A stretch of DNA of 64,000 nt from an uncultured Chthonomonadaceae bacterium (GCA_963835065.1 CAWIEK010000009.1:1-64000), one strand, 5' to 3'; shown: positions 36,994 through 46,894, numbered from the stretch's first letter. Translations and numbers: made by a program. Notes: generated by a model not told the origin, from the letters alone.

Positions 36994-37022
36994 TTGACAA
37001 TTTCGGCAACAAGGCTTATAAT
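36994..37022 (+). promoter_or_regulatory. Perfect sigma70 promoter with no downstream + strand gene
   Basis: TTGACA-N17-TATAAT. Confidence 0.88.
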
Positions 37023-37028
37023 AGAAAC

Positions 37029-37120
37029 ATCCCTGCCGAGGATGTGAAGTCCCCGACAGGAAACAGCCTAAGCTCTAAAGCAGATTAGAGCATCGGCGCT
37101 GGCGTTTTCGCCGTTGTCGC
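37029..37120 (+). ncRNA. Candidate antisense antitoxin RNA (3' end uncertain)
   Basis: Starts after consensus promoter; complementary to 3' UTR and C-terminal codons of the peptide gene; hairpin GCTCTAA/TTAGAGC. Confidence 0.55.
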
Positions 37121-37206
37121 TTTATCCAGCGGCACAGCAAGACAATTGCCGTGCTGAGGGTGACGACGTTGGCGGCTACAGCCAGCCAGAACAGGAAGCT
37201 TGTCAT
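37075..37206 (-). CDS. 43-aa hydrophobic/basic peptide, candidate type I toxin
   Basis: MTSFLFWLAVAANVVTLSTAIVLLCRWIKRQRRKRQRRCSNLL*; SD AGAAAGGAG; below the ORF-track length cutoff. Confidence 0.75.
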   Translation of the reverse strand: MTSFLFWLAVAANVVTLSTAIVLLCRWIKRQRRKRQRRCSNLL

Positions 37207-37392
37207 CAGCTTCTCCTTTCTGCGAGAAAATTAGCGTTGGCGCGCTGATTCCTCGAGTTTGTTTTGGGAGTGTGGCGCGCTAACGCTGCACTCCCGCACT
37301 CATTGTACCCACACAAGCAAAGCGTTCCGCCTCCCCATGAAGGAGAAGCGGAACGCTTTGTTGTTTATACTCTACGCAAATGATAGCAAACT

Positions 37393-38943
37393 TTATCCGC
37401 GCGCTGTTCCCGCCAGTTCCGGGCGGCTGACGGGCGCTTTGTCGTCGCGCCCATAATCTTCCAGAACGCAGTTGGCAGCGATTTGCCCGGACATCAAGAC
37501 CATCGGGACGCCGGGGCCGGGATTGACGCTGCCGCCCGCCCAATACAAGCCTTTGATGAGGTCGCTGCGGTTGGACATTTTGAAGGCGGAATTCAGGCCG
37601 CGCTGCGTGACCACGCCGTAAATCGCGCCCCGGTTCACCCAGTACATCTTCTCCAAATCGCGCGGCGTAACCGTCCGCGACACCTGAATACTGTCGCGCA
37701 GGCCGGTCAGACCGCTCCGCTCCAGCTTGCTGATAATCACCTCCCGATAGCGAACGGCTTCTTTGTCCCAATCGAAAGCGTCCGTCAGATAGGGGCAATG
37801 CACCAGAACATACAGGGCAGTGCAGCCGGGCGGAGCCATCTGCGGGTCGGTGAGGGATGGCACGGCGAGATAGCAGGTCGGGTCTTCGTGCGGAATCTTG
37901 CGTTCGTACAGGTCGCGGAACTCCTCGTCGCTGTCGGCGGAAAAATAAAAGTCGTGGTGCTTCAATTGCGGCCAGGTTTTGTTGCAGCCCAGGTAAAGCA
38001 CGATGCCGGAACACGCCGGTTCCAGTTGCTTTTCGTGCTTTTGCGCATACGCTTTCGTATCTACGCCGGTAAGCATTTGTTCCAGTGTGCGTACAATATC
38101 GGAATTGGCGACCACCACATCAAACGTTTCCAGGTCGCCGTTTTCCGGCACAATGCCCCGGACGCTTCCGCCTGCGGTTTCGATACGCGCAATCGGTGTA
38201 TTCAGGCGTACATCCACGCCCAACTCGTCGCATAAGCGAGTCAGGGCGCGGGCGATTTCTCCTGTGCCACCCATAGGATACCAGCAGCCGAGCGCAAGCT
38301 GCACCCAAGCGATCAGGCACAAAATGGCAGGCGCGACAAACGGCGACGAGCCGACGTATTGCACGAAATGCTCGAACAATTGCGCCAGGCGCGGGTCTTT
38401 GAAATGCTTGCGCACGGCCTGGTGCATCGTGGAAAGCGGGTCCATATTCATAGCGATCCCTAATGATTGAATGTTCATCGGGTTCGCTCGCGCCATTTCC
38501 ATGATGCTGCCATACGGTTTCCAGTAAAACCAGCGATCCGACACGTCGTTCATTTTCTGGCTGTACGCGAGAAATTGAAGGTAATTGGAAATCTCGGCTG
38601 GCGCAAACCGCTGAAGTTCGGCGATCATATCCTGCAATGACGTGTACAAATCAAAGCGGCTGCCATCCGCGAAAAACGCGCGCCACTGTGGATCAAGCGA
38701 CACCAAATCCAGATAATCCTCGCGCCTGCGCCCCACATCGGAAAACAAGCGATCCAGAACGTCGGGTTTGGTGATGATGGTCGGCCCCATATCGAAATAG
38801 TAGCCGCCTTCTTCCCAAACGTTCATTTTGCCGCCCAAATGCGCGTTCTTTTCAAACAGCGTGACGGCATGGCCCGCGTGTGCCAGCCGAACCGCTGCCG
38901 CGCACCCTGCCAATCCCCCGCCTACTACGGCTATCTTTGCCAT
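37393..38943 (-). CDS. Phytoene desaturase family protein, CrtP/CrtNb-like carotenoid oxidase
   Basis: GGGLAG, FDMGPTI, QYVGSSPF, GGSVNPGPGVPMVLMSG. Confidence 0.88.
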   Translation of the reverse strand: MAKIAVVGGGLAGCAAAVRLAHAGHAVTLFEKNAHLGGKMNVWEEGGYYFDMGPTIITKPDVLDRLFSDVGRRREDYLDLVSLDPQWRAFFADGSRFDLYTSLQDMIAELQRFAPAEISNYLQFLAYSQKMNDVSDRWFYWKPYGSIMEMARANPMNIQSLGIAMNMDPLSTMHQAVRKHFKDPRLAQLFEHFVQYVGSSPFVAPAILCLIAWVQLALGCWYPMGGTGEIARALTRLCDELGVDVRLNTPIARIETAGGSVRGIVPENGDLETFDVVVANSDIVRTLEQMLTGVDTKAYAQKHEKQLEPACSGIVLYLGCNKTWPQLKHHDFYFSADSDEEFRDLYERKIPHEDPTCYLAVPSLTDPQMAPPGCTALYVLVHCPYLTDAFDWDKEAVRYREVIISKLERSGLTGLRDSIQVSRTVTPRDLEKMYWVNRGAIYGVVTQRGLNSAFKMSNRSDLIKGLYWAGGSVNPGPGVPMVLMSGQIAANCVLEDYGRDDKAPVSRPELAGTARG

Positions 38944-39048
38944 GATAATTCTGCTTCTCCCCGAAAAACCAACTTACAAAAAGCCAATTTTATGACCTTC
39001 GGCTACTCGTCCTGCGGACGGAATTCTCTGATAATTTTATGCTTGCTG

Positions 39049-39651
39049 TTAAGGCTCAGGATTGAAGTACCAGCCCGAATCGAAAATTCGCGGACCTTCT
39101 TGCTCCAATCGGTCATTGGAAGCCTTGAAAAAGGAAAGAAAACTATCCGCAACGTAGTACATCATGTCCGGGTCGTGCTGATAGACGATGATTTGTCCCG
39201 TTTTGCCCTGTGGTGTCGGGGCAGCATCAACATACAGCGCCGCGTTCCAACCGCCCCACTCCGCAAAGGGAAACCAGTGCCGGTGCGAAAGCAGGCCGGG
39301 CTGGATGCGCGCGTCCCATTCGCCTGCATATTCATCCGGCTCAAGGTCGGGAATGGCATCGGTATCTGCGGAGTAGGGGCCGTGTACGTTGTACAACTCC
39401 TGTGCCTCTTCCACGCTCATTAAGGAGAACGGCGTCTCCTCATCCGTATCTGCAAGAAACCAGAGTTGACCGGGAGAGCCGTTGCAGACCTGCCACAATC
39501 CGCGCAAATCCTCATCCAGTGGGATACCAGTTTGCGCCATCACTCGTTCAAGAACATCGGATGTAACCGGTGGGGCAAGCGTCAAGGGATGCCCGGCTGC
39601 CCGGCTAAACGCGAGCAGTCGGTCAAGTTGCGCCTGTAGTTCTGCTCTCAT
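39049..39651 (-). CDS. SMI1/KNR4 (SUKH) family protein
   Basis: L.PP, LDEDLRGLWQVCNG, WFPFAEWGG, DAAPTPQGKTGQII, VADSFLSFF. Confidence 0.85.
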   Translation of the reverse strand: MRAELQAQLDRLLAFSRAAGHPLTLAPPVTSDVLERVMAQTGIPLDEDLRGLWQVCNGSPGQLWFLADTDEETPFSLMSVEEAQELYNVHGPYSADTDAIPDLEPDEYAGEWDARIQPGLLSHRHWFPFAEWGGWNAALYVDAAPTPQGKTGQIIVYQHDPDMMYYVADSFLSFFKASNDRLEQEGPRIFDSGWYFNPEP

Positions 39652-39665
39652 ACAAACGGCCCCTC

Positions 39666-41228
39666 TTATTTTGCGTGTTTGTTCCAGTGACGAACGGCAT
39701 CGGTCAGTTGGCGAACAGCCTGCATTTTCGCTTTTACGCCTCGCGCCGATTTCAGGGCGAGAAAGCCACGCAAAATGGGCATGGTGGCGTCGTAATAGGG
39801 AAATACATGCCGCTGCGCTCCTGCCTTAGATTGCCAGCAGACGGTTTTCCAGTGTACAAATTCGTCCAGGCCCGCTTCGCCGCGCTGCTGTCCCCAGCCG
39901 CTTGCGCCCGTGCCACCGAAGGGCAAGCCGGGCCGCGTACCCGTCATCAATGTTTCCGAATTGATTGTAACTACGCCTGCCTTCAACCGCGCCGCTATAT
40001 CCCTACCCCGGCTCACATCCCGCGTCCACACGCTTGCGCCCAATCCCATCGGGTTCGCGTTCGCAAGGGCAATTGCTTCGTCAGTATCACGCGCCGAGCG
40101 GACGCACAAAACCGGGCCGAAGAAATCTTCGCGCATAATCGGCATTTCATCGCGGCAATCGGCAAGCAGGGTCGGGGTATAGAAAAAGCCGTTCGCAAAT
40201 TCTTCCCCATCCAAACAATCGCCGCCTGTTACCACTCTTGCCCCACGCTGAACCGCATCCACTGCCAGCCCGTGTGCCCGCTTCCGAAACCCGTCCGTTC
40301 GCACAGGCCCGTAATCCACGCCCGCCCGCAAGCCCTTCAACGCAGCTTCGCAGGCATCGAGAAAAGCCGGGTACGCGGAGGCTTCCACATAAACGCGCTG
40401 CGGCGATACGCAGCTTTGCCCCGCGTTGCAAACGCGCGCCCAAACTGCCGCTTTCGCCGTTGCGTTTAACTCCGCGTCCGCGCAGACAATCAGGGCGTCG
40501 TTGCCACTGAGTTCCATCACGCTCGGAATACCGCGCGGGGCAAGCTGCGCCAGTATCGCTCGCCCGGTGGCAACGCTGCCCGTAAACGCCAGTTTATCAA
40601 TATACGAGCCGGCGTTTTCTTCATCGGAGTTGGCGTCTGCTTGAAGCGGATTGCACAATGCCTGCCCCGTACCGCCATCTCCCGTTACCAACGTAACAGG
40701 CAAACCGGCGCGTTCCAAATGGGCATACAGCGCCACAGCGGAAGCCGTTGCCAGTTCCGAAGGCTTCCACACGACTGCATTTCCGCCCGCAAGCGCCCAG
40801 GCCAGCGTCGCGCCGTCCAGCAGCAGGGGATAATTCCACGTGCCGATGACGCCCACAACGCCAACCGGCATCGGCAGCAATTGCGCCCGCTTTTCCCCCG
40901 CAACCGTTCGCGGCTTCAGCAGACCCGGCAAACGCGCCATCAGCCAATCCAGCCCGCCAATCAACGCCAGCACATCGGCGGCATACGCTTCTTGCAGCGG
41001 CTTGCCAATCTCCTCCGCCACCACCAGCGCCAGCGCGTCCGCATCCCCGGCAATGCTGTCGCGCAGACGCCGCAGCGCCCCTACCCGCTCACCAACCGCC
41101 ATTGCGCCCCACGCGCCTTGCCGCTCCCGCGCCCGTTTCACCGCACAGGCCACCTCTGCCGCCGAGGATATGGGAAAGGTCCCAATCCGCGCGCCGTTTC
41201 TGGGATTGTACGAGCCAAAAGAGGTCAT
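39666..41228 (-). CDS. Aldehyde dehydrogenase (AldH/CrtNc-like by context)
   Basis: WNYP, KPSE, FTGS, MELSG, NAGQSC, EDFFGP; ORF-track N-terminal extension is repeat-derived. Confidence 0.9.
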   Translation of the reverse strand: MTSFGSYNPRNGARIGTFPISSAAEVACAVKRARERQGAWGAMAVGERVGALRRLRDSIAGDADALALVVAEEIGKPLQEAYAADVLALIGGLDWLMARLPGLLKPRTVAGEKRAQLLPMPVGVVGVIGTWNYPLLLDGATLAWALAGGNAVVWKPSELATASAVALYAHLERAGLPVTLVTGDGGTGQALCNPLQADANSDEENAGSYIDKLAFTGSVATGRAILAQLAPRGIPSVMELSGNDALIVCADAELNATAKAAVWARVCNAGQSCVSPQRVYVEASAYPAFLDACEAALKGLRAGVDYGPVRTDGFRKRAHGLAVDAVQRGARVVTGGDCLDGEEFANGFFYTPTLLADCRDEMPIMREDFFGPVLCVRSARDTDEAIALANANPMGLGASVWTRDVSRGRDIAARLKAGVVTINSETLMTGTRPGLPFGGTGASGWGQQRGEAGLDEFVHWKTVCWQSKAGAQRHVFPYYDATMPILRGFLALKSARGVKAKMQAVRQLTDAVRHWNKHAK

Positions 41229-41238
41229 CAGAAAATTA

Positions 41239-41553
41239 ACCACCCGCCTGCGGCTAGAGACACAGAGGCACAGAGGAAAAACCAATGCGAGAAAAAAGAA
41301 GAGAACCGCGAAACATGCGAACCAAGACGAAAAAAGGAAAATACAAAAGCCCAAACCACGGATGAAACGGATAAAACAGATGGACACGGATAAGAATAGC
41401 AGAGAATTAGTCCTTCTCGTGTGTAATCCTGTCTATTCCCCTTCGTTCTTTTTTCGTTTATTTCGTGGGTTTCGCGGTTTCTATCTCTCTCCTTTTCTTC
41501 TCTTCCTCTGTGTTCCCTCTCTGTGTCTCTGTGCCTCTAGCGCAGCGGGTGGT
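41239..41553. repeat. Nested multi-module inverted-repeat cassette
   Basis: Outer ACCACCCG..CTAGAGACACAGAGGCACAGAG / CTCTGTGTCTCTGTGCCTCTAG..CGGGTGGT; middle AACCGCGAAAC / GTTTCGCGGTT; inner ACCACGGAT-type repeats. Confidence 0.88.
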
Positions 41554-41561
41554 GAATACTC

Positions 41562-43226
41562 CTATCTTCGCGCCGTTGCGGTGATTTCTTCCGCCGCGAG
41601 GCGGCCTGAAGTCAGCACGATGGGAACGCCGCCGCCCGGATGGGTGCTGGCGCCGACGAAGTACAGGCCATTCACGTCTTCGCTGCGGCTGTGCGGGCGG
41701 AAGTAGGCCGACTGCAAGAAACTTGGCGTCAGGCCGCTGTACGCCGCGCCCGCGCAGCAGCCGTAAAGCGACTCGAACTCCGGGGGCGTGAATTCGCGCT
41801 CGAACACGATGTTGTCGCGCAGACCGGGCAGCCCTTCATTTTCCAGTTTCGTCAACACGCGCTCACGCAGCAGGGGCGCTTCGCGTTTCCAATCAATCTT
41901 GGCGTCCGTGTTGGGACAGGGAACCAGAACATACACAACATCGTGGCCGGGAGGAGCCAGCGTCGGGTCGGTACGGGTCGGGATGCAGACGTGCATGGCC
42001 GGGTCACGGGGCAGGATGTGGTGAACGCAAATGTCGTCTATGATCTGCCGGTAGTTGTCACTCAGCACGATCATGTTATGTCCCCACTCGCTCGGTATTT
42101 GCTTCACGCCAAGATACAGCAGATACCCGGAACAGCCGAAGTCATGTTTATCTATTCGCGCATCCGTGTGCTTGCGCCGGACTTCGGGCGGCAGCAGCGT
42201 TTTATACGCCATTGGCACATCTAAATTACACACTACCACGTCGGCCTGCCAATTGCGCCCGTCACAGGTACGAACGCCCGTCGCCTGCTTGCCTTCCATT
42301 GTAATGCGCTCGACGGGCTGATTGAAGTGCAGATTACCGCCCAATTCGCGCAGCAGGGTTTCCAGCGCGTCAGCAAGGGCAATCGTGCCGCCTTTCGGGA
42401 ACCACACGCCGAATTCCATTTCAATGTAGGGCAGCAGGGCGTAAATGGAAGGACAGGCGTAGGGACTCATGCCTAAATACAGGGTTTGAAACGTGAGCGC
42501 CTGCCGGAGTTTTTCGTTCGTGATGTTTTTGCTGACGAACTTGTACACGCTTTCAAGGGGTAAGGCTTTCACCAGCCCGCGCAGGGTTTGCGGGTGCGTG
42601 AGGTCGCGCAGGCTGTTGAACGAGCGTTCGATAAAGTTGTAGCGGGCGTTGTCGTACTTGCCCTTCATTTTGCCGATAAACGGGCGGATGCGGTCTTTAT
42701 CTTCGGGCGCGAACTCCTGCATGTGCGCGATCATCTCGTCAATGGAGCCGCCCATGTTCAATTGGCTGCCGTCCGGCCAGACGATGGTATACGCGGGAGT
42801 GAGTCGCGTCCAACTTAAATAATCTTTGATGTCGCGCCCGCAGGCGCGGAAGATATTTTCAACGACTTCGGGCATCATCAGCATGGTCGGCCCCATGTCA
42901 ATGGTAAACCCCTGCTCCCGAATCACGTTCATGCGCCCGCCACTGCGCGCGTTGCGCTCGATCACATCCACCTGCCAGCCCTGCCGCGCCAGATGAATGG
43001 CGGCGGAAAGCCCGCCCAAGCCCGCCCCAATCACAACCGCGCGGGGACTATCAGCGACATTTCGCGTCTCATTCTGCGCGTTGCGGCGGTCTGAGCGGCG
43101 GTGTTCATCGCCGAAATCAGCATTGTCCTGCTGGCGCGCTCTGGCAGGCGCGGCAACGGAAGGGGACATGGCGGCAGACGGAAGGGGAGCAAACTCGGCT
43201 CCATCGGATACATTCATCGAAGACAA
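41562..43226 (-). CDS. Phytoene desaturase family protein (CrtI/CrtN-like)
   Basis: GAGLGG, IDMGPTMLMMP, FQTLYLGMSP, GASTHPGGGVPIVLTSG; start uncertain. Confidence 0.92.
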   Translation of the reverse strand: MSSMNVSDGAEFAPLPSAAMSPSVAAPARARQQDNADFGDEHRRSDRRNAQNETRNVADSPRAVVIGAGLGGLSAAIHLARQGWQVDVIERNARSGGRMNVIREQGFTIDMGPTMLMMPEVVENIFRACGRDIKDYLSWTRLTPAYTIVWPDGSQLNMGGSIDEMIAHMQEFAPEDKDRIRPFIGKMKGKYDNARYNFIERSFNSLRDLTHPQTLRGLVKALPLESVYKFVSKNITNEKLRQALTFQTLYLGMSPYACPSIYALLPYIEMEFGVWFPKGGTIALADALETLLRELGGNLHFNQPVERITMEGKQATGVRTCDGRNWQADVVVCNLDVPMAYKTLLPPEVRRKHTDARIDKHDFGCSGYLLYLGVKQIPSEWGHNMIVLSDNYRQIIDDICVHHILPRDPAMHVCIPTRTDPTLAPPGHDVVYVLVPCPNTDAKIDWKREAPLLRERVLTKLENEGLPGLRDNIVFEREFTPPEFESLYGCCAGAAYSGLTPSFLQSAYFRPHSRSEDVNGLYFVGASTHPGGGVPIVLTSGRLAAEEITATARR

Positions 43227-43305
43227 CGCGCCTCCTCACGGGCATGGTCACGCACGGACGTACAACCTTTGTACGCGCTGAACCGTTGATTTACTTCACA
43301 ATGTC

Positions 43306-43418
43306 GGTGTTCAGGTGTTCGGGTATTCAGGTGTTCGTTATGATTGCTTTCTGCGCTAAAGCAAACGTTGGTGCTTTTGTATCTCCTGAACACCCGAACA
43401 CCTGAATACCTGAACACC
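43306..43418. repeat. Octamer (GGTGTTCA) inverted-repeat cassette
   Basis: GGTGTTCAGGTGTTCGGGTATTCAGGTGTTC vs GAACACCCGAACACCTGAATACCTGAACACC; same arm recurs at 55397-55428. Confidence 0.85.
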
Positions 43419-43421
43419 CAC

Positions 43422-43901
43422 CTAATCCTGCAAGGTTTCCAGAACGCGCAATAACTCCTGTGGCGCGGGATTGCCGCGCTGCGCGAACGCGATTTTGCCC
43501 TGCCGGTCTATCAGGTACACGGTTCGGCGGATAAGGCCGAACAACATGCGGCAGCCATACGCGGCGGCGATTTCATTTTTCGCGTCCACCAGCAGGGGAA
43601 ACGGAAACTGATGGCGGGCGACAAAACCGGCGTGTTTCTCCTGGTTGGCGGGGTTGACGCCGTAAACGCGCGTGTCCTGCGCCTGAAAGCGGCTCCAATC
43701 ATCGCGGAACGCGCACAATTGCGCGGTGCAAACGGGCGTATTATCTCCCGGATAAAACACCAGCACGACCCGCTCCTTGCCGCGCAGGGCTGACAGGGAC
43801 AGCGTACTGCCGTCGCTGCATAGACAGGTGAAGTCAGGCGCAGGCTGTCCTACGGAGATAAGGTTCGATTGCGCAGCCACGTTTGTTTCGCTTTCCCTCA
43901 A
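43422..43901 (-). CDS. Peroxiredoxin (BCP/PrxQ type)
   Basis: GQPAPDF, FYPGDNTPVCTAQLCAFRD, RTVYLID. Confidence 0.92.
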   Translation of the reverse strand: MRESETNVAAQSNLISVGQPAPDFTCLCSDGSTLSLSALRGKERVVLVFYPGDNTPVCTAQLCAFRDDWSRFQAQDTRVYGVNPANQEKHAGFVARHQFPFPLLVDAKNEIAAAYGCRMLFGLIRRTVYLIDRQGKIAFAQRGNPAPQELLRVLETLQD

Positions 43902-44088
43902 AGTTTTGCCCTGTCGCGGCGGGCGTATTGCACAGGACGCGCGTTCCGCTGCGAACGGAAAACAGTCGCTTGTGTCAGGCGGTAGAGGCTCCGGGCTGTT
44001 CTTATATTACTGTTCACTAATGTAACTGGTTCCACGTTCCGGCTTTTTCGTGTCTTTTTGCCGTATTCTTTCGGGCTTAATCGCCCGG

Positions 44089-44130
44089 CCCTCAACCCCT
44101 GACCCCTTCTCCCAAAGTTGGGAGAAGGGG
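44089..44130. repeat. REP-like hairpin
   Basis: CCCCTTCTCCCAA-AG-TTGGGAGAAGGGG preceded by CCCTCAACCCC. Confidence 0.65.
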
Positions 44131-44153
44131 AATCAATCAGGACAGGCTCTTGC

Positions 44154-45758
44154 TTACTCTTCTTTGCCGCCTGCGTGCTGAAGCAGAACGACAAGGGTTG
44201 CATCCTTGTGCTTGCGCGCGTAATACAAGGGCGTGTGTACGGACGACGTGTGCGCGTTCACATCTGCGCCATGCTGGAGCAGCAGGCGCGTACAGGGGAT
44301 GTTGGACGCCAGAACTGCGAGGCACAGCGGTGTTCGCGTGGATTGGGAACGTCCTGTTTGGTTGGGATTTGCGCCATGTTCCAGCAGAAACGCTACACCG
44401 GAAGGGGCATGGAGAACAGCCTGGCACAGCGCCGTTTCGCCCGCCTTATTTGTCCCGTTGACATTGGCTCCCAACGCAAGCAGGCGCGGGAACAAATCGG
44501 CGTGCCCAGCCTGTGCCGCCCACGCCAGAATGCCTTGTTTGTCCGAGCCGATCTTCGCGCCCGCTTGCTGCAGCAGGGTCACACATTCGGGAGCAAAGCA
44601 AGCCGCGTTCATCAGGAGGGATGCAGGCATCAAGCCTTTGTTTCCATACAATTTTGACATACCCATACTTCCGTCACTTAACGGTTGATTTACGTCGGCT
44701 CCATGTTGAAGCAGTACCCGAAGCTGCGCCCTGTCCCGCCGCAAAATGGCGGCTTTCAGCGCGGCTGCATTGTATCCGTTGACATTCGCGCCCTTTCGGA
44801 GCAGTTCCGGCACAAGCGCAGGCAGATTGACAACGGCGGAAGCGAGGGCGGGAAGGTCCCAGGCACTGCTTGCGGGCGCTGCGTTGGGATCGGCTCCATG
44901 CGCGAGCAGCAGGCGAGCAAGAACGGCGTCTTTGTGGGTGATTGCCTGTAACAGTGGCGGCGAAAGCAGGGTGCTGCCGGCATTGACATTCGCGCCGTGT
45001 TCCAGCAGCAGGCGAACCGCGCCCATGCTGCGCCGGTCAACAGCGACTTGCAAGGGGGTCGGCTGCTCGATTGGAGGAACAACGCTAACAGCCGGTTCGC
45101 GGGCATCCACGGCAGCGCCCGCTTCCAAAGCCGCGCGCAATCCGGCAAGGTCATCCAGCCGTATCCATTGGTGGAGCGTTACGCGCGCGCCATGCGCCTG
45201 CAGCAGGCGCGCGAGTTCCCGCGTAACTCGACAATACTGTTCGGCTTCGGCGGCTGCCTTCTGCGGATCATGGGGATAAACGGCACGAGAACTGCGCGCA
45301 ATGGCGCAATCCATTGGCAACCCGGAATTGGGCTGAAGGGCGTTTGCATCCGCCCCATGTTCCAGCAGAGCGCGCGTCAGTTTGACGTTGCCATCGTTGC
45401 AGGCGATATTAAGCAAACCTGCATCCCACTTTTCACGCACATTCGCGCCATGTTCGACCAACAGGCAGGCGATCTCTGTTTGTTTTTCTTTGGCGGCTGA
45501 ATTGGCGGCGCTCCCCGTAATTCCACACGCCACATACAGCAGGGGAATATCCTCGCCTAATTCGGTTTCATGTGGTTTCCTCGTGTTGGGATTTGCGCCT
45601 TTGGCAAGCAGGGCGCGAACGGCGGGCACATTTTTGGTTTCAACGGCGGTGAGAAGCGCGGCATCGAGATAGCGCCGGTACACGTTCCGTCCGATGATAG
45701 CAAGCGCGCAAACAACAACGAGCGGGAACAGCAAACGCGGCAAACGGCCTTTTGACAT
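44154..45758 (-). CDS. Ankyrin repeat protein with N-terminal membrane anchor
   Basis: Many LLxHGAxVN / TPL repeats; start MSKGR after GAGG. Confidence 0.92.
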   Translation of the reverse strand: MSKGRLPRLLFPLVVVCALAIIGRNVYRRYLDAALLTAVETKNVPAVRALLAKGANPNTRKPHETELGEDIPLLYVACGITGSAANSAAKEKQTEIACLLVEHGANVREKWDAGLLNIACNDGNVKLTRALLEHGADANALQPNSGLPMDCAIARSSRAVYPHDPQKAAAEAEQYCRVTRELARLLQAHGARVTLHQWIRLDDLAGLRAALEAGAAVDAREPAVSVVPPIEQPTPLQVAVDRRSMGAVRLLLEHGANVNAGSTLLSPPLLQAITHKDAVLARLLLAHGADPNAAPASSAWDLPALASAVVNLPALVPELLRKGANVNGYNAAALKAAILRRDRAQLRVLLQHGADVNQPLSDGSMGMSKLYGNKGLMPASLLMNAACFAPECVTLLQQAGAKIGSDKQGILAWAAQAGHADLFPRLLALGANVNGTNKAGETALCQAVLHAPSGVAFLLEHGANPNQTGRSQSTRTPLCLAVLASNIPCTRLLLQHGADVNAHTSSVHTPLYYARKHKDATLVVLLQHAGGKEE

Positions 45759-45894
45759 AGCGGTGTCCTCGTGGGGGGAGGAAGATGGGCGCAAGGATAG
45801 CCCGAACGCCGGGGCAGCGTTGGAGCAGGGACGGCATTGTTTTGAGCGGTGATGATGTGTCCCCAATGCGGGCATATAAATGGAGCGGGCGCGG

Positions 45895-46376
45895 CTGTTT
45901 GCGAACGCGCGCCAGTAGCTTCTTTTGCTCCTCTGCGCCGCTACCGCCTTCGTGGGGCAACAGCGTCCAGAGGAGGGGAATAGCCCGCTTGCGAGAGGCT
46001 AAGGCGACAAACAACAGGTGAAAGCGGTCGTCAAGATCGGTCTGATCCCTAATCAACTCGCTCTCGCGGTTCTTCCAGCAGGCCAGCCCTGCCCGTGCCA
46101 TGCCTTTGTACCAGAGCGTAGGCGCACTCGCCTTGTTCTTGAGAAAGCGTTCCAGGCGCTGCAAGGCGTTGCGCGCGTTACCGGGAATAGGAAGGCGTTG
46201 GGCGCGTTACCGGCAATAGGCAAGAACAACGCGATTTTGGGCAAATGGACATGGCCGGCAAGCACCAAGCCAGAGATGAACAGCGCCAGATTGTGGAGTT
46301 GGGGCACACTGGCGTCAGGCACACGTAGACGCAAACGCGCTGACAGGGTATCATAATTCGTACAAGACCGCTTCAT
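45895..46376 (-). pseudogene. Truncated, frameshifted IS4-family-like transposase
   Basis: Two frames join as ...LPIAG / QRLERFLKN...DQT...RAIPLLW; rest of DDE domain absent; 29-bp tandem duplication at 46163-46220. Confidence 0.75.
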
Positions 46377-46582
46377 GGTTGACCTCGGTGAGCATGTGGG
46401 TTGGCGCTTACATTCTACCAACTTTGTCACCGAAACGGTCTTGTTCTCATTATCACTTTTTCTGAAGGTTCGTCAGGGCTGTGTACTAAATTAGGATATA
46501 TTTCTACTCTCATTGGCTCAGACAGCACCCTGAATTGCAACTACTATCGGTTCACAGGAGCCAAAACACTGGCTTTTTTTGA

Positions 46583-46831
46583 ATGAGCAGCAACACGATG
46601 CAATCCAAAAACAATGTAATCCGCCCGTCCGTGAGTGATGTTTTAGATCAGGCATGGCTCGATGCAGGAATGTCGCTACAAGAGTTGGAAACAAATAAGC
46701 GTCTGGCAGACATTTTCGATCAATTGCTGGCTTCGGGACGAACGCCGGAAGACATCAATGCGGAGTGGGAAATGAAAACGCCACAGGAAATTATATGCAA
46801 TCATGCGCCTCCATTACGGACACAGAACTGA
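46583..46831 (+). CDS. Small hypothetical protein
   Basis: 82 aa ORF with protein-like composition in an AT-richer patch. Confidence 0.45.
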   Translation: MSSNTMQSKNNVIRPSVSDVLDQAWLDAGMSLQELETNKRLADIFDQLLASGRTPEDINAEWEMKTPQEIICNHAPPLRTQN

Positions 46832-46894
46832 TAACGCAGAACTGTTCAGGAATTCAGCCCTGCGCGAGTATGGTCGCGCAGGGCTGAAAATATG

